From the human T2T-CHM13v2.0 reference genome, Homo sapiens: a stretch of 64,000 bases of DNA. The stretch is taken from assembly GCF_009914755.1 (NCBI RefSeq), contig NC_060930.1, one strand, 5' to 3'. The notes beneath the pieces were generated by a model. That model was given only the letters and a program-made list of their open reading frames with translations, made no database searches and had not been told where the DNA came from. Positions 40,946-52,145 of this stretch are shown here, piece after piece; position 1 is the first letter of the stretch; the number at the start of each line of letters is the position of its first letter. The translations under genes and the position numbers were made by a program.

Positions 40946-41542
40946 TTCCTGCCTTCTTATATTAATAAGAAAAATAAAACAAAACAGTGTCGAAGTGTTG
41001 GGGTGGCGAAAATTTTTGGGGGGTGGTATGGAGAGAGAATGGGCGATGTTTCTCAGGGCTGCTTCAAGCGGGATTAGGGGCGGCGTGGGAACCTAGAGTG
41101 GGAGAGATTAAGCTGAAGGGAGGTCTTGTGGTAAGGGGTGATATTGTGGGGATGTTAGAAGAAACATTTGTCGTATAGAATGATTGGTGATGGCCTGGAT
41201 ACGGTTTTGTATGAACTGAAAAACTAAATGGAATAACAGAAGGAGAAAAACAGGTATAAAAGATCTAAGAATTGGGACGACTCAGGATATCTGATTAGAG
41301 AGTGCTTAAGGAGATTTGGCATAGTCCTGCCAGCAAAGATTATTTATTTACTTCAAGAGTTAAGAGTGGCAGTTTGGGGATAGCACCAGGAGATATCAGC
41401 TGTGATGGCTTGGAAAAACAGTGTAAACCGGCAGTGTAAACAAGAGCAGGGCCTGTATGAGTAGTTGAGAACGGTGAATAGGAGTATGACTGGACAGAAA
41501 ATAGTAGCGATTACAAGTTTTCTTTTGGTGGGGGGGTGCAGT

Positions 41543-43333
41543 CTAAGTTGGTCTGGTGTCTGGAATGAGACTGGGGCCTAATAAAAAGGAGCGTCTATAC
41601 AGGAGCTTAAATGGGCTGTACCTTGTAGCATTCCGAGGACAGGCCTGAATTCTGAGAAGCGAAAGTGGTAAAAGTATTGTCCAGTCCTTTTTAAGTTGGT
41701 GGCTGAGCTTGGTGAGGTGTGTTTTTAAAAGACCTTTCGTCCGTTCCACTTTTCTTGAAGACGGAGGACCGTAAGGGATATAAAGGTTTCACTGAATATT
41801 AAAAGCCTGAAAAACTGCTTGGCTGATTTGACTAATAAAGGCTGGTCTGTTACCAGACTGTATAGAGGTGGGAAGGCTAAACTGAGGAATTATGTCTGAC
41901 AGAAGGGAAGAAATGACTGCGGTGGCCTTCTCAGACCCTGTAGGAAAGGCCTTTACTTATTCAGTGAAAGTGTCTATTTAGACTAAGAGGTATTTTAGTT
42001 TCCTGACTTGGGACATGTTGAGTAAAGCTAATTTGCCAGTCCTGGGTGGGGGCAAATCCTCGAGCTTGATGTGTAGGGAAGGGAGGGGGGCCTGAATAAT
42101 CCCTGAGGAGTAGTAGAATAGCAAATGGAACACTGAGAAGTTATTTCCTTGAGGATAGATTTCCAGGATGGAAAGGAAATGAGAGGTTCTGAGAGGCGGG
42201 CTAGTGGCTTGTACTATAGCATAGCCTGCCTTTGCTGGTGTGTGGCGATTAGGCCTGGTGGAACTGCCATCAATAAATCAAGCGTGATCAGGGTGAGGAA
42301 CAGGAAAGAAGGAAATATGGGGAAATGAGGTGAATATCAGGTGGATCAGAGAGATACAGTCATGGCGGTCAGGTGTGGTATCAGGAATAATGTGGGAGGC
42401 CGGATTGAAGTCCAGGCCAGGAACAATGGTAATTGTGGGACTTAAAGAGTGAGTACAGCTGAAGGAGCCGGGGAGCAGAAAGTATATCCATCAGGTATGA
42501 GGAAGAAAACAGATTTTGGAAGTTATGAGAAATGTAGAGAGTGAGTTGAGCATAGTTTGTGATTTTTAGGGCCTCTAACAGTATTAAAGCAGCAGCAGCC
42601 ACTGCACACAGACATGAGGGCTAGGCTAAAACCGTAAGGTCAAGTTGTTTGGACAGAAAGGCTACACGGTGTGGTCCCAGCTCTTGCGTAAGAATTCTGA
42701 CTGCGCTAACCATGCCTAGGAAGGAAAGGAGTTGTTGTTTTGTAGAAGGTGCTGGGGTTGGAGAGATCAGTTGGACACGATTGGCAGGGAGAGCACGTGT
42801 GTTTTTATGAGAATTATGCTGAGATAGGTAACAGATGAGGAAGAAATTTGGGCTTGATTGAAGTAATGGGGGCTGCCTGTGAAGCTTTGCGGCAGTACAG
42901 CCTAGGTAATTTGCTGAGCTTGATGGGTGTCAGGGTCAGTCCAAGTGAAAGTGAAGAGAGGCTGGGATTAAGGGTGCAAAGGAATAGTAAAGAAAGCATG
43001 TTTGAGATCTAGAACAGAATAATGGGTTGTAGAGGCAGGTATTGAGGAAAGGAGAGTATATGGGTTTGGCACCACGGGGTGGATAGGCAAAACAATTTGG
43101 TTGATAAGGCGCAGATCCTGAACTAACTTGTAAGGCTTGTCTGGTTTTAGGACAGGTAAAATGGGGGAATTGTAAGGAGAGTTTATAGGCTTTAAAAGGC
43201 CATGCTGTAGCAGGCGAGTGATAACAGGCTTTAATCTTTTTAAAGTGTGCTGTGGGATGGGATATTGGTGTTGAGTGGGGTAAGGGTGATTAGGTTTTAA
43301 TGAGATGATAAGGGGTGCATGATCGGTTGCCAA
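41543..43333 (-). pseudogene. pol: HERV-H pol remnant (partial RT, RNase H, integrase)
   Basis: RT N-terminus NSPYNSPILPVLKPDK..KLVQDLRLIN..YSVLDLKHAFFTIPLHP, truncated before YXDD. Integrase ERTKGLLKTHLTKL...SPFKLLYRR at 41543-41749. Confidence 0.85.
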
Positions 43334-43379
43334 GGAGGGAGTAGAGGTATCTTATACTTGTGGGTTAAGGTGGGGGGAT

Positions 43380-43711
43380 ACAAGAGGAGGACGCAAAGGA
43401 GGCTTTGGATTGGGAAGAAGGGCGGCAACGAGATATAGCTGTAGTTCAGGAATAGTCAGGGAAGCAGATAATTTAGTTAAAGTGTCTCAGCCTAATAAGG
43501 GAACTGGGCTGGTGGGGATAACTAAAAAGGAGTGCTTAAAAGAGTATTGTCTAAGTTGGCACCAGAGTTGGGGAGTTTTAAGAGGTTTAGAAGCCTGGCC
43601 GTCAATACCCACAACAGTTATGGAGGCAAGGGAAACAGGCCCTTGAAAAGAAGGTAATGTGGAGTGGGTAGCCTCCGTATTGATTAAGAAGGGGACGGGC
43701 TTACCTTCCAC
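43380..43711 (-). pseudogene. pro: HERV-H protease remnant (catalytic D-T-G lost)
   Basis: EGKPVPFLINTEATHSTLP...VVGIDG: retroviral protease motif L-I-D-T-G-A appears as L-I-N-T-E-A. Confidence 0.8.
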
Positions 43712-43799
43712 TGTGAGAGTTACCCGAAGCTCGGCGTCCGTGATGGTCTAGGGGGCTTCCGAGGTGATCGGGCAGTGTCAGTCTTCAGCCGCTAAGCTG

Positions 43800-44989
43800 A
43801 GAAAATCTGGGAAGGAGTCAGTCAGACAGCCTTGGGCCAGAGTTCCAGGGGCTCTGGGAGTGGCTGCCAGGTGAGTTGAACAGTCCGATTTTCAGTGGGG
43901 TCCCACACAGATGGGACGCGGCTTAGGAGGACTCCCGGGCTGCGGGCATTCCTTGGCCCAGTGGCCAGATTTCCAGCAAGTGTAGCAAGCTCCTGCGGGA
44001 GGAGGTTCTGGAGCAACGCCTGGCCGCTGCGGTTCAGGAGTTTGGAAGTTCTTGTGTGCTGGAGATGTGGCTGGGGGGTTTGTCTCACAGTGGAGGCAAG
44101 GAATTGCAAGTTTTTTCTGTTATTGTACACCTTGAAGGCGAGGTTAATTAAATCCTGTTGTGGGGTTTGAGGGCTGGAATTTAATTTTTGGAGTTTTATT
44201 TAATGTTGGGAGCAGATTGGGTAATAAAATGTATATTGAGAATAAGACGGCCTTTTGACTTTTTAGGGTCTAGGGCTGTAAAGTGTCTCAGGGTTGCTGC
44301 CAAACAAGTCATGAACTGGGCTGGATTTTTATATTTGATGAAAAAGAGCCTAAACGCTATCTGATTTGGGATAAAGAAAAAGGAGCATTAACCTTGACTA
44401 TGCCTTTGGCTCCAGCCACCTTTTTAAGAGTGAATTGCTGGGCGGAGGGGGAGGGCTAGTCACGGAACGAAACTGTAAGCCGGACCAGGTGTGAGGAGGA
44501 GAGGTGATAAAAGGATTATAGGGTGGAGGAGCAGAGGCTGAGGAAGAATTGGGACCTAGTTCAGCCTGGCGAGGAGGGGAGAGGTCAGATGGGTCTGTAG
44601 AAAAGGAAGATTAGAAAGACTCAGCGACACTTGGGGTTGGTACTGAGGGAACAGGCGGGAGGGAAAGAAGGAAGATTTGGGACGAGTTGCACTGGGCACA
44701 GAGACTAGGAAGGGACTGATGTGTAAAAGAATGCCTGGACGTCAGGCACCTCAGACCGTTTGCCTATTTTACGACAAGAATTATTTAGATTTTGCAGGAT
44801 GGAAAAATTCAAAGTGCCATTTTCTGGCTATTTGGAACTTCTGTCCAGTTTGTATTGGGGTCAAGCAGCATTGCAGAAGAAAATAAGGCATTTAGGTTTT
44901 AGGTCAGGTGTGAGTTGAAGAGGTTTTAAGTTTTTGAGAACACAGGCTAAGGGAGAAGGAGGAGGAATGGAAGGTGGAAGCTTACCCAT
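43800..44989 (-). pseudogene. gag: HERV-H gag remnant
   Basis: MGKLPPSIPPPSPLACVLKNLKPLQLTPDLKPKCLIFFCNAA* from the ATG at 44989, with a premature stop at 44861. Downstream end approximate. Confidence 0.8.
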
Positions 44990-45715
44990 AGTGAAGGAGG
45001 CAAGCCCAGAGAAAAGAGTAGAGACACGGAGAAGGGGTGGGGGGTTCTTGCCCTCCAGAAAAGCAGAGAAGGGGTTGGGGCACGGAAATAAGGGATTGGG
45101 GCACAGAGATAAGAGGTCAGGGTGTGGAAGTAAGCGATTGGGGGGTTCTTGCCCCCTAGGAAAGCGGGACTTGCCACTGGGGTGAAGGAGAAGGGGTAGA
45201 GACAAGGAGAGAAGGGGTTGAGGGGTACTTGCCCCTTCCCCAGAAAAGCGGGACTTGCGGCTAAGGGTGAAGGACCAAGGCTGGCATCCCTGTGTGGTCT
45301 GACACCCTTGAAACGTGAGTGTATAATCAGAGAGCAATCCCTGCAGTGATTAAACACCAAGGGAAGGCTGCCTTCCCAGTCCGTGACCGGCGCCGGAGTT
45401 TTGGGTCCACGGATAAAACGTGTCTCCTTTGTCTCTACCAAAGGAATTGAAAGGAATTGAAATTAAGAGAAGGGAGAGATTGAAGTGTGGCGTCAAGATT
45501 GAAAGGAGAAAGAGGTTGAGGGATAGTGAGGAAGGTTGGAGAAGGGAGTAAAAAGAGGCCGCTTACCGGATTTGAAATTGGTGAGATGTTTCTTGGGCTG
45601 GTTGGTCTGAGGACCTGAGGTCGTATGTGGATCTTTCTCGAGGTCGTATGTGGATCTTTCTCATGGAGCAAAGAACAGGAGGACAGGGGATTGATCTCCC
45701 AAGGGAGGTCCCCCG

Positions 45716-45733
45716 ATCCGAGTCAAGGCACCA
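45716..45733 (-). other. Primer binding site complementary to tRNA-His
   Basis: Minus strand TGGTGCCTTGACTCGGAT, one mismatch to the tRNA-His PBS TGGTGCCGTGACTCGGAT, just 3' of the 5' LTR. Confidence 0.92.
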
Positions 45734-45735
45734 AA

Positions 45736-46187
45736 TTTCATGCGTGTCCGTGTGAGGAGACCACCAAACAGGCTTTGTGTAAGCAACATGGCTGTTTATT
45801 TCACCTGGGTGCAGGCGGGCTGAGTCCAAAAAGAGAGTCAGCGAAGGGAGATAGGGGTGGGGCCGTTTTATAGGATTTGGGAAGGTAATGGAAAATTACA
45901 GTCAAAGGGGGTTATTCTCTGGTGGGCAGGGGTGGGGGTCACAAGGTGCTCAGTGGGGGTGCTTTTTGAGCCAGGATGAGCCAGGAAAAGGACTTTCACA
46001 AGGTAATGTCATCAGTTAAGGCAAGGACTAGCCATTTACACTTCTTTTGTGGTGGAATGTCATCAGTTAAGGTGGGGCAGGGCATATTCACTTCTTTTGT
46101 GAGTCTTCAGTTACTTCAGGCCATCTGGGCGTATAGGTGCAAGTCACAGGGGATGCGATGGCTTGGCTTGGGCTCAGAGGCCTGACA
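45736..46187 (-). promoter_or_regulatory. HERV-H 5' LTR (LTR7) promoter
   Basis: Minus strand starts TGTCAGGCCTCTGAGCCCAAGC. TATAAAA at 45866-45872, two ACAAAAGA SOX-type motifs, and GC/GT boxes (ccccacccc). Confidence 0.9.
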
Positions 46188-46349
46188 AAGTGTAGCTGAA
46201 AACCATGGACAAATGTAATTACATAAAATCAACATAAGATAACGAAAATGTGGAGGGAAGAAGGTAGACTGTTGAAGGCCCTTGTGAACAAAGAATGACA
46301 TGGCAGTGTGTTGTCTAGGTTTTCTTTTTGCTTCATATATGACTGATTG

Positions 46350-47900
46350 GGAGGTAGAGAAGTTGGGAGTCACAAAACACCAACAGTTAAAGACAGAAAA
46401 GCCAAACAAGAGCCTGATCTCTCTAGTTGAAAAGCCAGGGGAAAGACAGCCTAGCAGGAAGGAAAACATCTAAGTAAGAACTGCCCCACTGTCCAGACAT
46501 TAAGGTGTGGACTCACAATAGCCCTTCCAAGAAAAACCTAACGGGGGGCCTAGTCTTCCACCCTTAGCCAGCTGTAATGAAGCACCCTTGGATTGCCACC
46601 AGAAGTATGTCACAACAGGACTGAAGGCAGAATGAAGAACTGCCTTTCACTACATCTGCATGATAATGAGAGGTTTTGTTTTGCCCTCACCCATCTTTAG
46701 TCAGTGGAGACCATATAGAGATCTTAAACTACATCCACCCTGATTTAATGAGGGTCCCTTTTGGTTCAACCTGCTAGAAGGTGTCAGAGGAGGCCAACTG
46801 GAGAGCCAGGACTTTTCACAGCCCAAAGATAACATGTCTCTCACCTGGGAAAGAAGGAGGGCATGTGGAGCAGTCATAAGGCACCCCTGACTCTCCAGCC
46901 AGCCTAGTACTAGGGAAAGCCCAGGGAGAGGTTTCACCACACTCTGCCCTGTAGTAGGGAGGCACCTTCTCACTCCTGGGGTATCAACAGAGGTAGAGTG
47001 GAAGACCTGGACTTTTGCCCCATCTGGCAGTAATGAGATAGTACTTTCTCTCCTCTGTGGGCACAGTGTTAGAAAAGGCCTAGTAAAACAGATGATTTAA
47101 ATATAATTCAGAGTTTCATGACATAAGACTCAAAATGTCTAAGATTTAATACAAAATCACTTGTTAAACCAAGAACATGAAAATCTCAACTGGAATTAGA
47201 AAAGTCATTCAACAGAGGCCAACACCCAAATTATACAGATATTGCAATTATATGGCAAGTATATTAAAGCAGCAATCACAAAAATGAGCATACTTGAAAC
47301 AAATTGAAAAATAGAAATGATTAGTAGAGACATAAATACAAAATGATGGAAATGGAAATGTGTTTCTTGGTTCCATTGAATTGAAGCATATAATAACTGA
47401 AAGAAAAAGACATTTTAAGAATGGATTGCTTAATATTAGAATGTTGAAGACAAAGGATAGACTCTGTCAACTTGAAGAGAGAACAATAGAAATAATCCAC
47501 TTGAGTAACAGGGAAAACAGATTGAAAAAAAAACAAAAAAGAAGAACAGATCCTCAAGAACTGTAAAACTGTAACAAAAGACCTAACTTTCATGTCATCA
47601 GTCTCTCTCAGGAGGAGAGGAAGAGGGTGGATCTGAAAAAGTCTTTGGAGAAATAATAGTTATAAAGTCCCCAAATTTTGCAAAATATGTAAATCTGCAG
47701 ATTCAAGAATTTAAGTGTACCCCAAAGTGCACCCCAAAGAGGACCTTTACTCTCACACAACTATAATGAGGGAAATCAGGACATTATCAGATGATGGAAA
47801 ACTAAGAATTTGTTGCCAGGAGATCCAGCCTTTCAAAAATTATGAAAGTTAGAAACAGAAAGTAAGTCATAAAAAGAAATATGATGAAAGAAAATACCCA
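46350..47900 (+). mobile_element. Ancient L1M 5' UTR/ORF1 fragment
   Basis: ORF 47360-47566 'DRLCQLEERTIEIIHL..RENRLKK' resembles the ORF1p coiled coil; also 'tttggagaaataatagt...cccaaattttgcaaaa...agattcaagaa'. Confidence 0.6.
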
Positions 47901-47929
47901 CTTTATAAAAGCAAATAAAAAGGTAAAGC

Positions 47930-48480
47930 ACCTCCAGTGACTTCACGCTTTTCAGAATAGAATGCAGTCTTCTTTCTTTAGGCTCCAAGGTCTTAAATGA
48001 GTGACCCCTTCCTACCTCTGTGGCCTCAGCTTCTATCATCTTTGCCTTGTCCACTATGCTTAGGGTGTAATGGGGAATCAGAGACTTGGAGAGACCAAGT
48101 AACCTACTTCAAGGGCTTACTGGCTATTTTCAGTTTCTAAAATTTGTCAACTCCTGCTGCCACCAGGCTGTTGTGCAGGTTGTTTCTTCTGTCTTGAATC
48201 TCCCTCCAGTTCCAACATTTTTTCTCCTCAACCAACCCATGCTCAGCCTCAGACAAAAAGTTTCCAATCTCAAATGCAAGTACCACCTGTAACATTATTT
48301 TCCATCACACTCTGTGCTTTTGTCTCTTAAAACATATCACAGGTAATTGTGCATCTGTGTGTTTTGTGTATATTTCTTCTTCTAGACTTCATCCTCCATG
48401 ACATTAAGAAGCTCCCTCTGCTTTGTGATTGTAAGCCCTGAAACCTTATAAATAGCAGACATTCAATAAACACTTCATGC
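47930..48480 (+). mobile_element. L2 fragment
   Basis: 'cctccagtgacttc...cagaatagaatgca...gctgttgtgcaggttgtttcttctgtcttgaat...agacattcaataaac'. Confidence 0.6.
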
Positions 48481-48954
48481 CTGGAAAAAAAATTTAATGG
48501 TAGAATTTAAGTGTTTGGGTATATGGATGTTCCGTAGAAGTTTCTCTCAACTGTTCTATACTTTGCAGTTAATTTAACCACTTGCAAATATTCTTGCAAT
48601 ATAACTTGCAAATATTCACAATAAAATGGGAAAAATGTCAGTATTAAATGAACATTAATACCCCAGAGCCAGCATTGTATGCATTATGATTTAGAGTTAA
48701 ATTTTCCTGTGAACATTTAAATTTCAATATATATTCAAAGATCAGGAAAGGTTAATAATGTTATAAATAATCTGTTTTTCTTCACAAAATTTTCCACAAG
48801 GTGAAAGAGCATCACAATGATCAATTATGGAATTACTATCCATGCATTCCTTTCTTTTCATATTTTTAGACTCTATATGTCAACTCATTGATAGGGCCTA
48901 TTCTCTGATGGACTATTTGACCATATAATGAAATGGCATTTTAAAAGACATATA

Positions 48955-49215
48955 GATTAAACTTATCCAATAGAGATATAATGCAAGTCAAATATGTAAT
49001 TTTATTTTTTAGTAGGCATATTTAAAAGAATAAAAAGAAGAGGTTAAATTAACGTCAATAATCTTTTGCTTAATCAAATATATTTAAAATATAATTATTT
49101 TAACATGTAAGCAATGTAAAAATTGTTGATGTGTTATACATAATTTTGTCTTCTAAAGCTTCATAGTTACAGTATGTGTTTTACATGTTCAACACATCTC
49201 AACATGTTTCAAATC
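48955..49215. mobile_element. MER33-like hAT-Charlie DNA transposon fragment
   Basis: 'tccaatagagatataatgcaagtca.atatgtaatttta...tatttaaaatat...gtgttttaca...acacatctcaa'. Confidence 0.65.
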
Positions 49216-50239
49216 CAAGACTAGTGAAGCTAGTATAATAAAGATATAGGCAATAGGGCCAGTGCATTTAGGTTAAAACATAACTTATATTCATGAAATG
49301 ACTAGTGATCATCAATGTATTCAGAGTTCTTCAGTTAAAATAGACATTGAATAATTCTAGTAGCTAAAGTATGCACTGGGTTCAGTTAAATCAAATGAAT
49401 TGTTTGAAGACGAATCCAGGGCTCCAGACTCATATGACATAATAGGCACCAGGAAATCTGAGGCTTTATTTCAAATGCTATAAACCTACAAGAGCTAAGC
49501 ATCCTGAACAATATTAGACATCATTGTTTATCTACAGCTTTTCCTGTGTGTGCCAAATCTTGGACATCTATGTTCAAAACCCATTTTTATTGTTGGTTCT
49601 AAAAATTAGACCCAAGGCTCTCCAAAATTATTTGATTTATTAGCCTTACTTATGCTTTCGTGGTGCAATAAGAAATTTATAGTAAGTTTAACATTTTATA
49701 GGGTCCTAAAAAGCTTCTTCGGTGTTTGATTTCATATCCTGTCAGACCAACCTTGCCAATGGCTCATGTTTGTTTGTTTTGAGTTTTTTTCCTTACCTTA
49801 TAGTCTGTCAAACTAGAAACTGAGAGGATGAGATTCACATTTTCCCAAACAGGGACCAAGAAGAATTGCCAATTTCACTTCCTGTAGCTTGCCTTTCATC
49901 TCCATTACGTAACCTAAATGAGGAAAGTGGTCTCATTATTCTTTTTTAAAAGTGTATTTTTATTGTAAATTGACAAATTAAAGTAGTATATATTGAGTTC
50001 TCAAAATCATCGTTCACACAAGTCAGGCTTATAACACAGAACATACAAATTATGGGAAGTGAAGGGCTTGCCCAAAATCTAGAAAATAAAGTATAATTTA
50101 ACATATCTCCTTGCTTACAAAGATTGGACAGAACTCCCAAAAAGAATAAGCCCAGATCCTTGACAGCCTTATACATCATGGGAAGAGTGTCAGTCCAGGA
50201 CTTCCAGTTAACAGACACTGGGAAGGAGTTAGAAGTACA

Positions 50240-50528
50240 GGAGGTTTTGGGGGAAATAACATCTGTAAAATATAACGGAAGGGGAAGTAGGATTGAATAT
50301 AGGCTGAGGTAGAATGAGAGAGGTAAAAGGTGACATGCTATATTTGTCCAGGAACAACCAGATTAACGGTGGTGCTGCTTGCTGAGTGAGGAAAACTGAG
50401 AGGAGTAGGTTTGGGAGGAAAAAAGTCAGCAATGCCATATAAGGAAACTATTAGGTATCTATGGGGAGACATTAAACAGGCAGTTAGGTATTGGAATTTG
50501 AATCTCAGAGGAGCAGTCTAGGCTGAAT
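50240..50528 (-). mobile_element. L2 fragment
   Basis: 'gaggagtaggtttgggagg...ggagacattaaacaggcagttagg...tctcagaggagcagtctaggctg'. Confidence 0.55.
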
Positions 50529-50760
50529 ATATATGTGTATATATATATATATGAATACATATATATGAATATATATACGAATAAATATATGAATATGCAT
50601 ACACATGCACACATATACACATAATATATTATTTAAATATAATACTCGTATACACATATTTATTATACACATTATATATGTAAACTATGTATTATATGTA
50701 ACTATGTATATAATTATATGCGAGAACTATGACTTCATATATATGCACATATATATGAAT
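50527..50760. repeat. Degenerate (TA)n-rich low-complexity tract
   Basis: Direct reading. Confidence 0.85.
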
Positions 50761-51502
50761 TTCTTTAGGACTGCTTCCCAAACTCAATTATTCTCAGTCT
50801 CAACAAATAAATGCGGATTTTCACCTCTGGTCCTACGTTGTTTTATACATATTAAGTTATTCTGTAAAGAAGAAAAAAGTGTACCAACTTCTAAGACCAC
50901 AGAAATAAAATCATAGTATTTTACCATTTAATCCTTCCCTTATAAAAATGTATCTGCTACTTAGAAAAAGTATTCTACTCTATTAATAAATAATAAATGA
51001 CACAATAAACATTTGTTTTTGTGACCATTTAAAGAAATATTTTTCTAATTCTTCTCATTTGATGGCAGAAGAGTATTTGAATGAATGTAAAACTGAATGT
51101 AGGCTTGTCTCTGGGTTGTGGAAGGATTTATAAATATGCATTTTATAGGGACAGTATTTCTTTCCCCAATGCCATATGTGTTGCAAGAGAGACTCAAAGG
51201 GGCTAATCTTTGATGTTGGCCAATGTCCCATCTTTTACGCCAACCGATTTTTGTTGTTTTGTTTTTCCTCCTCTCAGTTATAATTTGGTGGAGGTAAGCA
51301 CAATTCTAGCTTCATAACCCCATATACTCTTGTTGCTCTGAGGAAATTAACTTTTCATATTAGCAAACATTTTGTGGTTTGTGATATTCTTCAGCTATTT
51401 TATATTTTCTTTGACAGATTTTGAATACCAATAACTAAGGTCTTCCCAGATGGCATGTGGAAAACCATAGTCACTCTTGTCACTGCTGTTATTTCCCCTT
51501 AG

Positions 51503-52010
51503 GTGGAAGGGACTTGCCTTGTCTCAGATGAGACTCTGGACTGTGGACTTCTGGGTTAATGCTAGAATGAGTTAAGACTTTGGGGGACTGTTGGGAAGGC
51601 ATGATTGGTTTTGAAATGTGAGGGCACAGGATTTGAAGAGGCCAGGGGCGAAATGATATGGTTTGGCTGTGTCCCTACCCAAATCTCATCTTGAATTGTA
51701 CTCCCATAACTCCCATGTGTTGTGTGAGGGGCCCGGTGGAAGATAATTTGAATCATGAGGGAGGTTCCCCCAATACTGTTCTCATGGTAGTGAATAAGTC
51801 TCACAGGATCTGAGGGTTTTATCAGATGTTTCCTCTTTTGCATCTTTCTCATTTTTCTCTTGTTGCAACCACGTAAGGAGTGCCTTCCACCTCCTGCCAT
51901 GATTCTGAGGGGGCCTCCCAAGCCATGTGAAACTGTAAGTCCAATTAAACCTCTTTTTCTTCCCAGTCTAGAGTATGTCTTTATCAGCAGTGTGAAAATG
52001 GACTAAAACA
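51503..52010 (+). mobile_element. THE1 (A/B-like) 3' LTR (51654-52010) with ~150 bp of adjacent internal sequence; 5' part missing
   Basis: 'ggaagggacttgccttgtctcagatgagact...gggcgaaa|tgatatggtttggctgtgtccc...gactaaaaca'. Confidence 0.88.
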
Positions 52011-52145
52011 AGCATTTATTAATTCAGTTAGCAAATTAATATTTACTGAGCACCTACCACATAGCAGGCATTGCTCTAGTTGCTGGCGATACAGCCATGC
52101 ACAAAACAAATAAAATGCCTGCCCTCAAGGATCTTAAACTTAAAT
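52011..52145 (-). mobile_element. L2 3' end
   Basis: 'atatttactgagcacctacca...gcaggcattgctctag.tgctgg.gatacag...cctgccctcaagga.ctta'. Confidence 0.7.

Larger units (their letters stand above)
40494..46187 (-). mobile_element. Complete HERV-H provirus (5694 bp, common internally deleted ~5.7-kb form)
   Basis: Two 452-bp LTR7s, perfect 5-bp TSD AAGTG (40489-40493, 46188-46192), tRNA-His PBS, PPT, and gag/pro/pol remnants in order on the minus strand. Confidence 0.97.

Noticed and set aside
41543-44989. Coding-competent or replication-competent retrovirus
   Set aside because: Gag stops after ~42 codons, the protease lacks DTG, RT is deleted before YXDD, and env is largely missing.
45716-45733. 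tRNA-His gene
   Set aside because: Only the 18-nt PBS complement is present; there is no cloverleaf.
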